From Pyrodictium abyssi (GTDB lineage: Archaea > Thermoproteota > Thermoprotei_A > Sulfolobales > Pyrodictiaceae), in contig NZ_AP028907.1 in the NCBI RefSeq assembly GCF_036323395.1, positions 660,001 through 692,000 on the forward strand: a DNA stretch of 32,000 nucleotides. Direction: 5' to 3'. Of the stretch, positions 16,616 through 25,984 are shown piece by piece. Each line of letters opens with the position of its first letter. Within the stretch, counting starts at the first letter, position 1. The position numbers were made by a program, and so were the translations under genes. The notes under the pieces were generated by a model that was not told where the DNA came from, ran no database searches, and worked only from the letters and a program-made list of their open reading frames with translations.

Positions 16616-17500
16616 CTAGCTCTTCCTCGGCTCCGCTAGCCTGGTGCAGCTCTTGTGGACGTAGGCGTCGCCCACTTTGACGAACTCGCTCGGGTCGCCG
16701 GGCGGCTGCTCGTAGAGGGTGCAGTCAGGTATACCCGCCTCCTTGAAGGCCGCGTGGCGGCTGCGGCAGCTCTCGCAGCGGCCGCAGTGGTGCCTGCCGG
16801 ATAGGTAGCAGCTCCAGGTCTCGTATATCAGGTCGCCTATCAGCTCGCGTGTCCTCTTGAGGTTCTCGTGCTTGGTTAGTCCCTGGCGGCTCGGGCTCCA
16901 TATCTCTAGCCGGCGCTCGCCGCGGAAGTGGCAGACGCGGAACGCCGCCTGGAGCACCTCGATGCACTCGGGGCTGCAGTCCGGGTAGAGGGGCTCCCAG
17001 GTGTCCTGCCTGGGGGCTATATCGCTATAGTGCGCGCCGTAGACCACGTAGATGTTCTCGCCAGGGTAGAGCCCCATGAGGCTGTAGGCGTAGGCGCTAG
17101 CTATGCTCAGCATAACCACGTTCCTTATCGGGACGACGACTGTCGGCTGGTACTCCTTCTCCACCGCCACCTTCTCGTCGGTGAGCTGGCTGCCGACCCA
17201 CAGCCTGGCCATGAAGCTCATGTCGACTACCTTGTGCTCGACTATCCTGCCCCAGCCTTCCCGGCTCTCCGCTAGCCTGTTAGCCTCCTCGATGAGGCGC
17301 TTAGCTACCTCTAGCTCTTTGCTGCCCTTCTGCCCGTAGTTGAAGCTGAGCGCGTGGACGGTGCAGCCCCTGGCCAGCCACTGCACCATGTAGCCGAAGC
17401 TGTCGGGGCCACCGCTGACAACCGCGACCACACGGCAGGGCTTACGCACGGCCGGCTCTACGCCACGCTTCTCCAAAGCCGGTGCACCACCGAGCCCCAT
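16616..17500 (-). CDS. queC: 7-cyano-7-deazaguanine synthase QueC (archaeosine/preQ0 pathway)
   Basis: The ORF track gives 16616..17557. I use the ATG at 17500 to avoid overlapping the upstream gene. PP-loop: [12 protein letters not shown]-terminal Zn-binding Cys cluster: [20 protein letters not shown]. The start remains uncertain. Confidence 0.8.
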   Translation of the reverse strand: MGLGGAPALEKRGVEPAVRKPCRVVAVVSGGPDSFGYMVQWLARGCTVHALSFNYGQKGSKELEVAKRLIEEANRLAESREGWGRIVEHKVVDMSFMARLWVGSQLTDEKVAVEKEYQPTVVVPIRNVVMLSIASAYAYSLMGLYPGENIYVVYGAHYSDIAPRQDTWEPLYPDCSPECIEVLQAAFRVCHFRGERRLEIWSPSRQGLTKHENLKRTRELIGDLIYETWSCYLSGRHHCGRCESCRSRHAAFKEAGIPDCTLYEQPPGDPSEFVKVGDAYVHKSCTRLAEPRKS

Positions 17501-17534
17501 AGTAGTCCATGATTGTCCATCCCCTTGCAAGGCT

Positions 17535-18272
17535 TTATACTGGTTGCCCGGCTCCACGGCTCTGCGCTGCCTCTAGACACGCCTCCAGCCCGCCGTCGAG
17601 CACCACGAGGCGTCGGCGTACCACCTCTACGCCCGGAGGCTCGACACGCCTCACCGAGGGGACGTAGGCGACGCAGCTGCCGACTAGCCTCCAGCTGGGC
17701 TCCCTTAGGGGGTCGCGGCCGCTGCGGCGTAGAGCCTCAATCATCTCGGCTAGGCTGGGCGTAGCGTGGGCTGGGCCTAGGCCGGCGGCGTGGTAGAGGC
17801 TTGAGATGTAATTGTTGAGGCCCACGCGGGCACGGTGGAGCAGATACCGGGCCGCGTCGCCGCCTGAGTAGAGCTTGACCACTCGGGAGTCGAGGAAGAG
17901 CAGCCGGCCGAGGACGCGGGAGACGTAGCCCGAGACTAGGCCAGCCGAGACGCTGGCCAGCTTCTCGACTCTGCCGCCGTAGGGCGGCGCCCCGGCGTAG
18001 ACCAGGTTCACCTCGTCGCTGACCACTAGGGTGCAGCAGCCGCCGAGGACGCGGAGCAGCTCAGCAGCTGCCCGAGCCAGGGCCCGGTGGACCCTCTCGT
18101 CCCGGGGCCACTTGAAGCCCTGGAGCCTGCGGCCCCACCCCACGCCGTCGAGGCGGAGCGCGAAGGGTGGCTCGACGCGCTCGCCCTGGAAGATCTCGCG
18201 TGCCTTGTACTCCGCCTCGAGCCGTGCCGGGTTGACCCCTAGGAGCCGCTGTAGGAGACGAGGGTCCAACAC
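17535..18272 (-). CDS. tRNA(His) guanylyltransferase Thg1 family protein (archaeal Thg1-like protein)
   Basis: ORF track, 245 aa. Thg1 landmarks are [35 protein letters not shown] and LFLDSRVV. Confidence 0.7.
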   Translation of the reverse strand: MLDPRLLQRLLGVNPARLEAEYKAREIFQGERVEPPFALRLDGVGWGRRLQGFKWPRDERVHRALARAAAELLRVLGGCCTLVVSDEVNLVYAGAPPYGGRVEKLASVSAGLVSGYVSRVLGRLLFLDSRVVKLYSGGDAARYLLHRARVGLNNYISSLYHAAGLGPAHATPSLAEMIEALRRSGRDPLREPSWRLVGSCVAYVPSVRRVEPPGVEVVRRRLVVLDGGLEACLEAAQSRGAGQPV

Positions 18273-18365
18273 ACTGCACCCATTGAGAGAAACCCCGAGG
18301 GCCCTCTGAGGGCCCCGTGCCGGAGCATGGGGCGCGGGGAAACCCGGCGTCGGGGTATCCGGGGG

Positions 18366-19592
18366 CTAGCGGCGGGCCTTCTCGGCCAGGAGCTTCTCTA
18401 CCTCCTCTCTTATCCTGCCTACGCCCTCGCGTATCCTCTCCACGCTTATCGCGTAGCTTAGCCTGATGAAGCCCTCGCCAGCCTTCTCGGGGAACACTGT
18501 GCCGGGTAGCGTGACTACTCCGCGGCTGTATAGCAGGTGGTCCACGAACTCCTCGGTAGACATGCCCGTCTCCTCGAGGACGCGGGCGACCCGGGGGAAG
18601 ACGTAGAAGGCGCCGCGTGGTACTGCTACCTCGAAGCCGGGGACACGGCGCAGCTCCTCGACCACCACGTCGCGGCGGCGGCGGCGGAACTCCTCCACCA
18701 TCTTCTTGACGGGCTCCCAGGGGCCGCGGAGCGCTGCTACTCCGGCGCGCTGGCTTATGCTCGGCGGGCAGCTGTAGACGTTCACGGCGAGCTTCTTTAT
18801 CCTGTCTATCACCGGCCGGGCTGCGACTAGGTAGCCGAGCCTCCAGCCCGTCATCGAGAAGGTCTTGGAGTGGCCGTTCACGTAGAGTACGTGGTCCTTC
18901 CACCCGCTGAAGGAGAGGATGCTGCGAAAGCCGCCCTCGTAGACGAAGTTGTCGTATATCTCGTCCGCGAGCACTACGAGGCCGTGCCTACGGGCTATCT
19001 CTAGCACGGCCTCTACCTGCTCTGGGCCGAACAAGGCGCCTGTCGGGTTATGCGGGTTAGTGAGGATTATCATCTTGGTGTGCTCTGTCACGGCCTTCTC
19101 TATGGCCTCGACGTCTAGCTCGAAGCCGTGGTCCTGGCCTCTCCACTTGAGGGGGACGAATACGGGCCTAGCGCCCATGGCGCGCGCTGTCTCGGGGTAG
19201 GCTGGGTAGCTCGGCTCCAGCACTATCACCTCGTCGCCTGGGCCCAGGTAGGCGGCTACAGCCAGGAATATGGCGGTCTTAGCGCCGGTCGTGGCTAGGA
19301 CCTCGTCTGGCTTCACGTCGGCCTGGTACCTTGTGTTGAGGTACTCTGCTATCGCCTCGCGTAGCTCGGGTATGCCCGCGGTCTCCGTGTAGCCGGTGAA
19401 CCTGTCGTCGAGGGCTCGCTTCCCCTCCTCTATGATATGGTCAAAGGTCGGGATATCGGGCTGGCCTACGCCGAAGCTTATCACGTCCACGCCGCGGCGG
19501 GCGAGCTCACGGGCCTTTGCTATGTAGAGGAAGCCCGCCTCGCCGCGGAGGCCCGCGATAACCGGCCGGATGAGCTTCTCTACAGCCGACAC
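18366..19592 (-). CDS. pyridoxal-phosphate-dependent aminotransferase, class I/II (aspartate aminotransferase-like)
   Basis: ORF track, 408 aa, GTG start. Contains the NPHNPTG motif and the PLP-lysine block SKTFSMTGWRLGY. Confidence 0.9.
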   Translation of the reverse strand: MSAVEKLIRPVIAGLRGEAGFLYIAKARELARRGVDVISFGVGQPDIPTFDHIIEEGKRALDDRFTGYTETAGIPELREAIAEYLNTRYQADVKPDEVLATTGAKTAIFLAVAAYLGPGDEVIVLEPSYPAYPETARAMGARPVFVPLKWRGQDHGFELDVEAIEKAVTEHTKMIILTNPHNPTGALFGPEQVEAVLEIARRHGLVVLADEIYDNFVYEGGFRSILSFSGWKDHVLYVNGHSKTFSMTGWRLGYLVAARPVIDRIKKLAVNVYSCPPSISQRAGVAALRGPWEPVKKMVEEFRRRRRDVVVEELRRVPGFEVAVPRGAFYVFPRVARVLEETGMSTEEFVDHLLYSRGVVTLPGTVFPEKAGEGFIRLSYAISVERIREGVGRIREEVEKLLAEKARR

Positions 19593-19704
19593 GCCCTACA
19601 GCACCCCACGCATGTAGAGGGTACCGCTATGGAGGGGGTTGTAAGGCTCACGTAGCCCCTAGGGGCGGGGTCGCCGAAAGGGCGTCCGTCCCCACCCGGG
19701 GGAG

Positions 19705-19749
19705 GGTCGGCTGTTAAGGCCCAGCTCATCCCCCACCCGTCAGCCGACC
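19705..19749. repeat. 9-bp perfect inverted repeat GGTCGGCTG / CAGCCGACC with a 27-nt loop
   Basis: Read directly at 19705-13 and 19741-49. The flanking direct repeat CCCCACCCG occurs at 19690-98 and 19731-39. Both lie in the 354-bp non-coding gap between the aminotransferase and the NrfD-like gene. Confidence 0.6.
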
Positions 19750-19946
19750 GGCTCCGGCGCCTAAGTAGGCTACTGGCGTCAAGCCTGGGGCGATGATGCA
19801 TATGGAGCGATGTGTATAGTGTGTTCTGCGACGTAGACGCCTGGGTGTAGAACAGGAGGAGAGCCAACAAGAGGGACACATTGACAACAACCAGTTTAGC
19901 GTTGCGGTAAAAATCGGTGGAGTGAGCCTGCTTATGGCGCTTGAGG

Positions 19947-21176
19947 CTACCTTAGCACTAGTATTCTGCGTGGCTTCTCGCCCGGCTCGACCGCCAGTAT
20001 CCTTAGGCCTATGACGTAGAGTAGTAGCCAGAGGCCGAAGCCGCCGACCACAGCCGCTGCCTCGACGGGGCTTGCCAGCAGCTCGTATAGCGCCTCAGCC
20101 CGGTACTCGTGGCCCACTGCCTGGACTGCTAGCGCCTCGTAGCTCGGCATAGCCTCGAGCCTCGCCATCTGGCCGGCTACGACCAGCGAGTGTAGCAGCA
20201 GGAAGGCGCCCACAATGCCCGCGACGGAGCTGGCCACCATTGCCGGCCTGCTCGCCTTGGCTCCGGCGTAGAGGCCCAGGGCTACCGGGGCGGCCACTGC
20301 TAGCAGTACGCCGAGCCAGAATACTCCTGCCAGCTCGCCGCTGACCAGCATGTCCCTGGCAACCGCTGCTAGGCTCCAGCCCTTCTGCTGCACTAGGCTC
20401 CACATTACCAGGAAGCCTACAGCAGCAGCCATGCCGGCCAGCTCCTTGGAGACGCCGCGGACACAGCACTCGCGCCACCGCTCTAGGGGCAGCGCGGTGA
20501 GCCTCGTTGCTACCTCGCCTAGGCCTATCGCCGTCCAGGCCGCGCCGAGCATGAACGCTAGCGCTATGTTGAGCACGCCTAGCGGCGCTGAGAACCACGC
20601 TGGCACTGCTAGGTTCTGGCCGAAGGCTAGCGCCAGGTTGTACTCGAGCGTTAGGCTCGCTAGCAGCCCGCCGAGCAACAGGGCGCGGCCGAGCGGCTTC
20701 GCCAGCGCCTCCTCGCCCCTCATGATGGTGTACAGCAGCGTCGCTACCACGAAACCGGCGTACGCTATGTAGAGTATACCGTTCCACGCTATCCTCGCTG
20801 AGGGGTTGAACCCCAGGTATATCCACATGCTGTGCCCGATGTGTGTTAGGTCGGCGAACACTAGCAGTATACCGGGCACCAGCAGCGCTAGCGCGAGCCA
20901 TAGCGTCTTCCTAGCTAGTGGCAGCGCTTCCTCCTCACAGTAGATGCCCAGCCTTATCGCGAGCGCGTCGAACACACCGCCGCTCGATATCGCGAAGAAC
21001 ACGTAGCCGGTTACCATCAGGCCCCAGGGCACTAGCGCGTGTAGCGGCGACGCCTCGCTCAGCGTCTGGTAGCCGTAGACGCCGTAGATGAAGAGTAGCG
21101 TCAGCAGAGCGCCGACGCCCAGGAGAGCGTAGCCCGTCACGCCCAGGCCTTTCTCTCCAGCCTTCCCGCCGGCCAT
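19947..21176 (-). CDS. NrfD/PsrC-like integral membrane subunit of molybdopterin oxidoreductase
   Basis: ORF track, 409 aa, polytopic with about 10 hydrophobic helices. It is the last gene of a three-gene operon, following the 4Fe-4S and catalytic subunits. Confidence 0.8.
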   Translation of the reverse strand: MAGGKAGEKGLGVTGYALLGVGALLTLLFIYGVYGYQTLSEASPLHALVPWGLMVTGYVFFAISSGGVFDALAIRLGIYCEEEALPLARKTLWLALALLVPGILLVFADLTHIGHSMWIYLGFNPSARIAWNGILYIAYAGFVVATLLYTIMRGEEALAKPLGRALLLGGLLASLTLEYNLALAFGQNLAVPAWFSAPLGVLNIALAFMLGAAWTAIGLGEVATRLTALPLERWRECCVRGVSKELAGMAAAVGFLVMWSLVQQKGWSLAAVARDMLVSGELAGVFWLGVLLAVAAPVALGLYAGAKASRPAMVASSVAGIVGAFLLLHSLVVAGQMARLEAMPSYEALAVQAVGHEYRAEALYELLASPVEAAAVVGGFGLWLLLYVIGLRILAVEPGEKPRRILVLR

Positions 21177-21203
21177 GGGTATTCACCCCACCTCCATGAG
21201 CGT

Positions 21204-21878
21204 CTACTTGCCTGTACGGGGCTTGGCTGGGACACGCTGCGGTGGTATGAAGAACAGCTTGGGCCGTGTACCCAGTTCAGGGGCTAGCGTGACCGCCATA
21301 CCGCTCCGTACCGCCTTGGCCACCTCGCTCTCCGGGTCGTCTAGGTCGCCGAACATCCTCGCACCGAAGGCGCAGGCCTCGACGCAGGCGGGTGTCCAGT
21401 TGCTGGATGTGGCGCTGCCACGGTGTATACAGAACGTGCACTTGTCGGGGTAGCCTGGTAGTAGCGCCTCCTTATGGGGCGCTGGGCCCGCTATCCTGCC
21501 GCGGTACATGGTCCTAGCGCCGTAGGGGCAGGCTATGACGCATGCGCGGCACCCGATGCACCTGTTGTGGTCCAGCATCACCACACCGTTCTCGGTGATG
21601 TAGGTGGCTCCGGTCGGGCACGCAGCCGCGCATGGCGCGTTCTCGCAGTGCAGGCACTGTATGAAGTACGTGGTGCCGCTGAACGGGTAGCCCTCTGCCG
21701 GCATCGCTGCTGGCTTTGTGCGGGCGTAGTAGGTGCTGTTGCCCTCTGGCAGCTCTACCCCGTCACCGGTCTGCCTCATCACGTTCTCTCGGAGGCACGC
21801 TATGGTGCACGCCATGCACGTCACACAGCGGTTAAGGTCTATTACCATTCCCATCCTGGCCATAGGCACCGCCTCCAC
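21204..21878 (-). CDS. 4Fe-4S ferredoxin-type electron-transfer subunit (PsrB/DmsB-like)
   Basis: ORF track, 224 aa. Cys clusters: CVTCMACTIAC, CLHCENAPCAAACP, CIGCRACVIACP and CTFC...C..AC. Confidence 0.9.
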   Translation of the reverse strand: MEAVPMARMGMVIDLNRCVTCMACTIACLRENVMRQTGDGVELPEGNSTYYARTKPAAMPAEGYPFSGTTYFIQCLHCENAPCAAACPTGATYITENGVVMLDHNRCIGCRACVIACPYGARTMYRGRIAGPAPHKEALLPGYPDKCTFCIHRGSATSSNWTPACVEACAFGARMFGDLDDPESEVAKAVRSGMAVTLAPELGTRPKLFFIPPQRVPAKPRTGK

Positions 21879-21885
21879 CTATACC

Positions 21886-24429
21886 TTAGAGCTTCTCAAC
21901 CTTGACTACAAAATCGTGCTGAGCAGCCCTGTAGCCCTCTTCCGGTACAACGCTCTCCAGCGGGTCGCCCAGGAAGTTGTTGTTCACGCCATATCCGCCG
22001 CCGTTGCTGAACAGCTTCACCGTTACCTCGCCGTTAGCCGTCTCTATCACAGCCTTCTCGGGGACCACAGCCTTGTCTATCGCTGTTGCGTGCGGCGCTG
22101 CTAGTATGGCTGGGTGCACCTTGTCTGACACCTTGACCCTCGCTATTATCTCGCCGTTGGGGCCCTTCAGCCTAACCATGTCGCCGTCCCTTAGCCCTAG
22201 CTTCTTGGCCCTCGACGGGTGCATCAGCACTCCGTAGATGTGCTTCCACTCAAGCACGTCCTTCGTCAGCCTCGAGAACCTCATGAACGTGTTTATGGAC
22301 GTCAGCGAGTCCTGGTACTCTACCACTACGAACTCGTTGTCGGCGAGCCCGCCCTTCCTCATCCAGAGGGGAGGCACCCAGCAGGGTAGCGGGTTGAGCG
22401 GCGACTCCTTGCCCAGGTAGTCGCGGTAGCTCTCAAGCATAGCAACGTTTACCAGCTCCAGCTCGCCAGTGACAGTAGCCAGCGGCTTACCGCCCCACGG
22501 ATGGTACTTGGGGCTCGTCCAGAGCAGCTTGTAGCCCTTCTCGCGGAGCTCGTTGTAGTCTATGCCCGCCTCCTCCGCCTGCTTCCTCTTGACCTCGACC
22601 GGGTCGACGCTGGCCCCCTGGTCTAGCTTGCCCAGCCTCTTCGCGAGCTCTACTAGTATCCACCATGTCGGCCTAGCATCCACGCCCTCGGGCGGGTCTA
22701 CTGCCTTCTGAGCGTCAACCACTATGCTCACGTAGCTCTTCTTAGCATAGCCCAGCGTGATCGACTCAGCCTCGAAGAAGAACGGCACCGGGAGCACCAG
22801 ATCGGCGTACATTACTGTCTCGTTGAACGTGGTGTCCAGGACGACTATGAACTCTACACGGTTCTCGTCCTTGAGCGCTTCTGCTAGCCGGCGGCCGCTG
22901 AGCGTGTGGGCCACAAGGTTCTCCAAGTGTATGAACAGTACGCCTATCGGGTAGGGCTTACCCTCTATTATGGACTTTACCAGGAGCTGGGACCAGCACT
23001 TAGACACCACGTTTTCTACGCCGTGCTTAGCCCAGTACTTGTATATCGCCTCGCCCTGGGTCTCCGTAGTCTCTATACCGAGTATGTCTATCGGCGACTT
23101 GAAATGGGGCTTCCCCGCGGGGAAGGCCAGGCCGCCCTTAGCGCCCACGCTCCCGAGCAGCACGTTGACGAGCATCTTAGCCCTGCTAAACATGCCCTCA
23201 TTGTAGTAGCGCGTAGCCTTGTAGTTGTGATCGATGAAGGTCCTCGGCGCTGCCCGGGCCATCTCACGGGCTAGCCAGCGTATCTCGCCGGCGGGCACGC
23301 CGGTTATCTTCTCGGCCCACTCCGGCGTGTACTCCCTCACAGCATCCCTCAGGACGAGCAGCACGGTCTTGACAGGGCGGCCCTGGTACTCGCCCTCGTA
23401 CTCCAGCGCGGGCTTCCGAGCCTCAGTCTTCAGCTTGAAGCGCTGGTCGTACTCGTCGTAGACCAGGTATGTCTTCTTTTTCTCCATGTACGGGTTGTCC
23501 TCGAGCCTCACCGGCTCGAGGGTGTCAGCGTAGAGAAGCATAGGCGCGTTCGTCCAGTTGACCAGGTAGTCAGCATTGTACAGGCGCTCGTTGAGGATCA
23601 CGTTGAGCAGCGCCAGGGCTATAGCTAGGTCTGTGCCTGGGGGTATGATGTAGTACTTGTCTGCCAGCTCAGTCAGCCTACTCTCGCGCACATCGAACAC
23701 AACAAGCTTCATCTTGTTGGCGCGGCCCTCGGTGAAGATCTTGGACCACGCCGAGGCCACTATGCCGCCCGCCGGGTTCCGGCCCATCAGCACCACTAGG
23801 TCGGCGTTAGCGTAGTCGGGCTGGAAGGCCGAGGGCCCCTTGGGGGAGCCGAATATGAACTTGTGGCCTATGTCCATCCCGGTGTGGCACGTGTCGCAGT
23901 GCTGCGTCGTGTTCGGGGTGCCCACCACCTTCTTGAAGAACTCCCGTACCAGGCCGCCTTCGAAGCCCTGGTGGCTCACAGCCACGATGCGCCAGGGCTC
24001 ATCCATGTACTTCCTGATCCTCTCGGCTAGTATGTTGAGCGCCTCCTCCCAGCTTATCTCCCTGAACTTGCCCTCGCCCCTCGCGCCGACGCGGAGGAGG
24101 GGCCTGCGTATACGCTCGGGCAGGAACCGTAGCTCCGGGATAGTCTGCGGGCGGCCACAGACCGCAAAGAACTGGTCATACTCGGGGTCACGGTTGTAGA
24201 CTACCTTGGCTATTACCTCCTTCCCGCCCACCTCCGCCACGTGTATCTCCAGCGGGCACTTCTGGCCACAGATTATGCACGCCGTCTTAGCCACCCTCGT
24301 CGCTGCCGGGGCTGCGCCGCTCTCCGCCCCAGCCACCAGGGTCCTGGGCCTAGGCAGTGCTAGCGGGAGCGCTGCAGCCGCTGCTGTAGCCGCCGTGAGC
24401 TTGAGCATCTCACGCCGCGTAATACCCAA
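21886..24429 (-). CDS. Tat-exported molybdopterin (bis-MGD) oxidoreductase catalytic subunit, polysulfide/thiosulfate/tetrathionate-reductase-like
   Basis: ORF track, 847 aa. Twin-arginine signal: MGITRREMLKLTAATAAAAALPL. N-terminal FeS motif: CIICGQKCP...CGR. Candidate Mo-ligand region: TTQHCDTCHTG. The substrate cannot be assigned from sequence alone. Confidence 0.85.
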   Translation of the reverse strand: MGITRREMLKLTAATAAAAALPLALPRPRTLVAGAESGAAPAATRVAKTACIICGQKCPLEIHVAEVGGKEVIAKVVYNRDPEYDQFFAVCGRPQTIPELRFLPERIRRPLLRVGARGEGKFREISWEEALNILAERIRKYMDEPWRIVAVSHQGFEGGLVREFFKKVVGTPNTTQHCDTCHTGMDIGHKFIFGSPKGPSAFQPDYANADLVVLMGRNPAGGIVASAWSKIFTEGRANKMKLVVFDVRESRLTELADKYYIIPPGTDLAIALALLNVILNERLYNADYLVNWTNAPMLLYADTLEPVRLEDNPYMEKKKTYLVYDEYDQRFKLKTEARKPALEYEGEYQGRPVKTVLLVLRDAVREYTPEWAEKITGVPAGEIRWLAREMARAAPRTFIDHNYKATRYYNEGMFSRAKMLVNVLLGSVGAKGGLAFPAGKPHFKSPIDILGIETTETQGEAIYKYWAKHGVENVVSKCWSQLLVKSIIEGKPYPIGVLFIHLENLVAHTLSGRRLAEALKDENRVEFIVVLDTTFNETVMYADLVLPVPFFFEAESITLGYAKKSYVSIVVDAQKAVDPPEGVDARPTWWILVELAKRLGKLDQGASVDPVEVKRKQAEEAGIDYNELREKGYKLLWTSPKYHPWGGKPLATVTGELELVNVAMLESYRDYLGKESPLNPLPCWVPPLWMRKGGLADNEFVVVEYQDSLTSINTFMRFSRLTKDVLEWKHIYGVLMHPSRAKKLGLRDGDMVRLKGPNGEIIARVKVSDKVHPAILAAPHATAIDKAVVPEKAVIETANGEVTVKLFSNGGGYGVNNNFLGDPLESVVPEEGYRAAQHDFVVKVEKL

Positions 24430-24482
24430 CTAGCTTCACCCTTGGAGCCTTCTAGGCAGCCAAGCTCGTCGGTAATGATAGA

Positions 24483-24492
24483 TTAATATAAA
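24483..24492 (-). promoter_or_regulatory. TATA-like box (minus strand TTTATATTAA) for the molybdoenzyme operon
   Basis: AT-rich box about 55-60 nt upstream of the ATG at 24429, within a 300-bp AT-rich divergent intergenic region. Confidence 0.35.
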
Positions 24493-24500
24493 GTTAGTTC

Positions 24501-24528
24501 CTTTACTTTAAATACATTCGAAGTAAAG
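24501..24528. promoter_or_regulatory. 8-bp perfect inverted repeat CTTTACTT-N12-AAGTAAAG, candidate operator
   Basis: Read directly at 24501-08 and 24521-28. It lies immediately upstream (operon sense) of the TATA-like box. Confidence 0.35.
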
Positions 24529-24729
24529 ATACTTTATATAACGAACCTCAAGTGAGGTAAAATCTATAACACAGTAGTATCCAGTCAAACATATCTATAA
24601 AATAACAGTAACAGTTTCGATTATTTAAGCAACATAACACGCATAACAATGCAGCCAGAACACGCGCCAGGGGGACACGACACGCTATAGCCCCAGAACA
24701 GCAAAACACCATCCCCCGGGGGCGCAGCC

Positions 24730-25161
24730 GTGGAGAGGAACGAGAAGCTCGCAAAGCTGCTAGAGAAGGCCCTCAAGCCAATAGTAGACGTACTAGGCAT
24801 CAGCGTCGAGGACGTAGAGAGCCTCGAGATAGACCCCTACGGGCCACGAATAGTACTCGAAGCCCGGCCAGTCAGGCATAGCATCCGCAGCCTATTCCTA
24901 GACGCAAGCCCCGACGGCGTCGAGACAGTAGCAACCCTAGAAGCGCCCAAGGGGCTCAGCAAGAACCGCCTCGAAGAAGCACTAGCAGAGCTCATAGAGG
25001 AGTCCCCAGAGACACAGAGCGTAGAAGAGTACGACGTATCCTACGACCCAGAGGAGGGCGAGGTAACAGTAACCCTGCACGCCCGGCTCCTCGCAGAGCT
25101 ACCAGGCGTGGAGGAGCTGCACAAGCTCCTACAGAGAGCTCTAGAGAGGCTCCAGGACTAA
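24730..25161 (+). CDS. hypothetical acidic protein
   Basis: ORF track, 143 aa, GTG start. Glu/Leu-rich coding-like composition. No family recognised. Confidence 0.5.
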   Translation: MERNEKLAKLLEKALKPIVDVLGISVEDVESLEIDPYGPRIVLEARPVRHSIRSLFLDASPDGVETVATLEAPKGLSKNRLEEALAELIEESPETQSVEEYDVSYDPEEGEVTVTLHARLLAELPGVEELHKLLQRALERLQD

Positions 25162-25224
25162 ACCCTAAAATAGCCCCCACCCAAGGCGATACATTCCCGT
25201 AATGGAGCCCTCCAGCCGGAGGGT

Positions 25225-25451
<227 letters not shown>

Positions 25452-25984
25452 AACCTTATACGGCGCTCTCCCTTTCTAGTCCCGACCGCGATAACGCTCA
25501 CTATGATGCAGTTACGTGACGACATACCTCCGGTTAATACCACATAAGACTCTCAAGGATTTATCGTCGAATATAAAGCTGACACATACCATTTAGAATT
25601 GCATGACCTATTGCGTACATTTCCTAGGCTTAGCTTATTGTGCTGTGTCACCAGGACAAGGTCCCAGTCACTCTATATGAGAGAAATTCAATTATTCTCA
25701 GCAAGTAAAAAAGCTGGGCTTTGATTACAGTACTGGACATCGCTTGTTACGAGCTAGAGTTTACTCTGTCTGGTTCTCCTGCCCCTTCTTCCTTCCGCTC
25801 TTCTTGGTACCCTTTCTCGCCATTTAGGCCCACCTAGCTCTGCTTTTGCGTGTTGAGAGGAGCACTCTACACACATATATTCCAGCGTAAACTGCCAGGC
25901 TACTACGACCTATGAGACGCTCTGCATGATGCTTAGCGCTACACAGCACTACAAGCCATGAAACCGTTTGTCCAAAAGTAGTCA

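Noticed and set aside
18061-18903. 280-aa minus-strand ORF overlapping the Thg1-like and aminotransferase genes
   Set aside because: Extremely Arg/Pro/Gly-rich with no domain pattern. It overlaps two genes that have clear family motifs, so it is a spurious high-GC frame.
20095-20901. 268-aa minus-strand ORF inside the NrfD-like gene, and similar shadow ORFs such as 11548..12060, 9414..10019, 14700..15071 and 29927..30559
   Set aside because: All are off-frame or antisense shadows of well-supported genes, with Arg/Ala/Pro/Ser-biased low-complexity translations.
25761-25823. Tiny 20-aa basic ORF (MARKGTKKSGRKKGQENQTE) on the minus strand in the island
   Set aside because: Too short to support from sequence alone, with no recognisable promoter or SD context. 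Noted only in case small-protein data exist.
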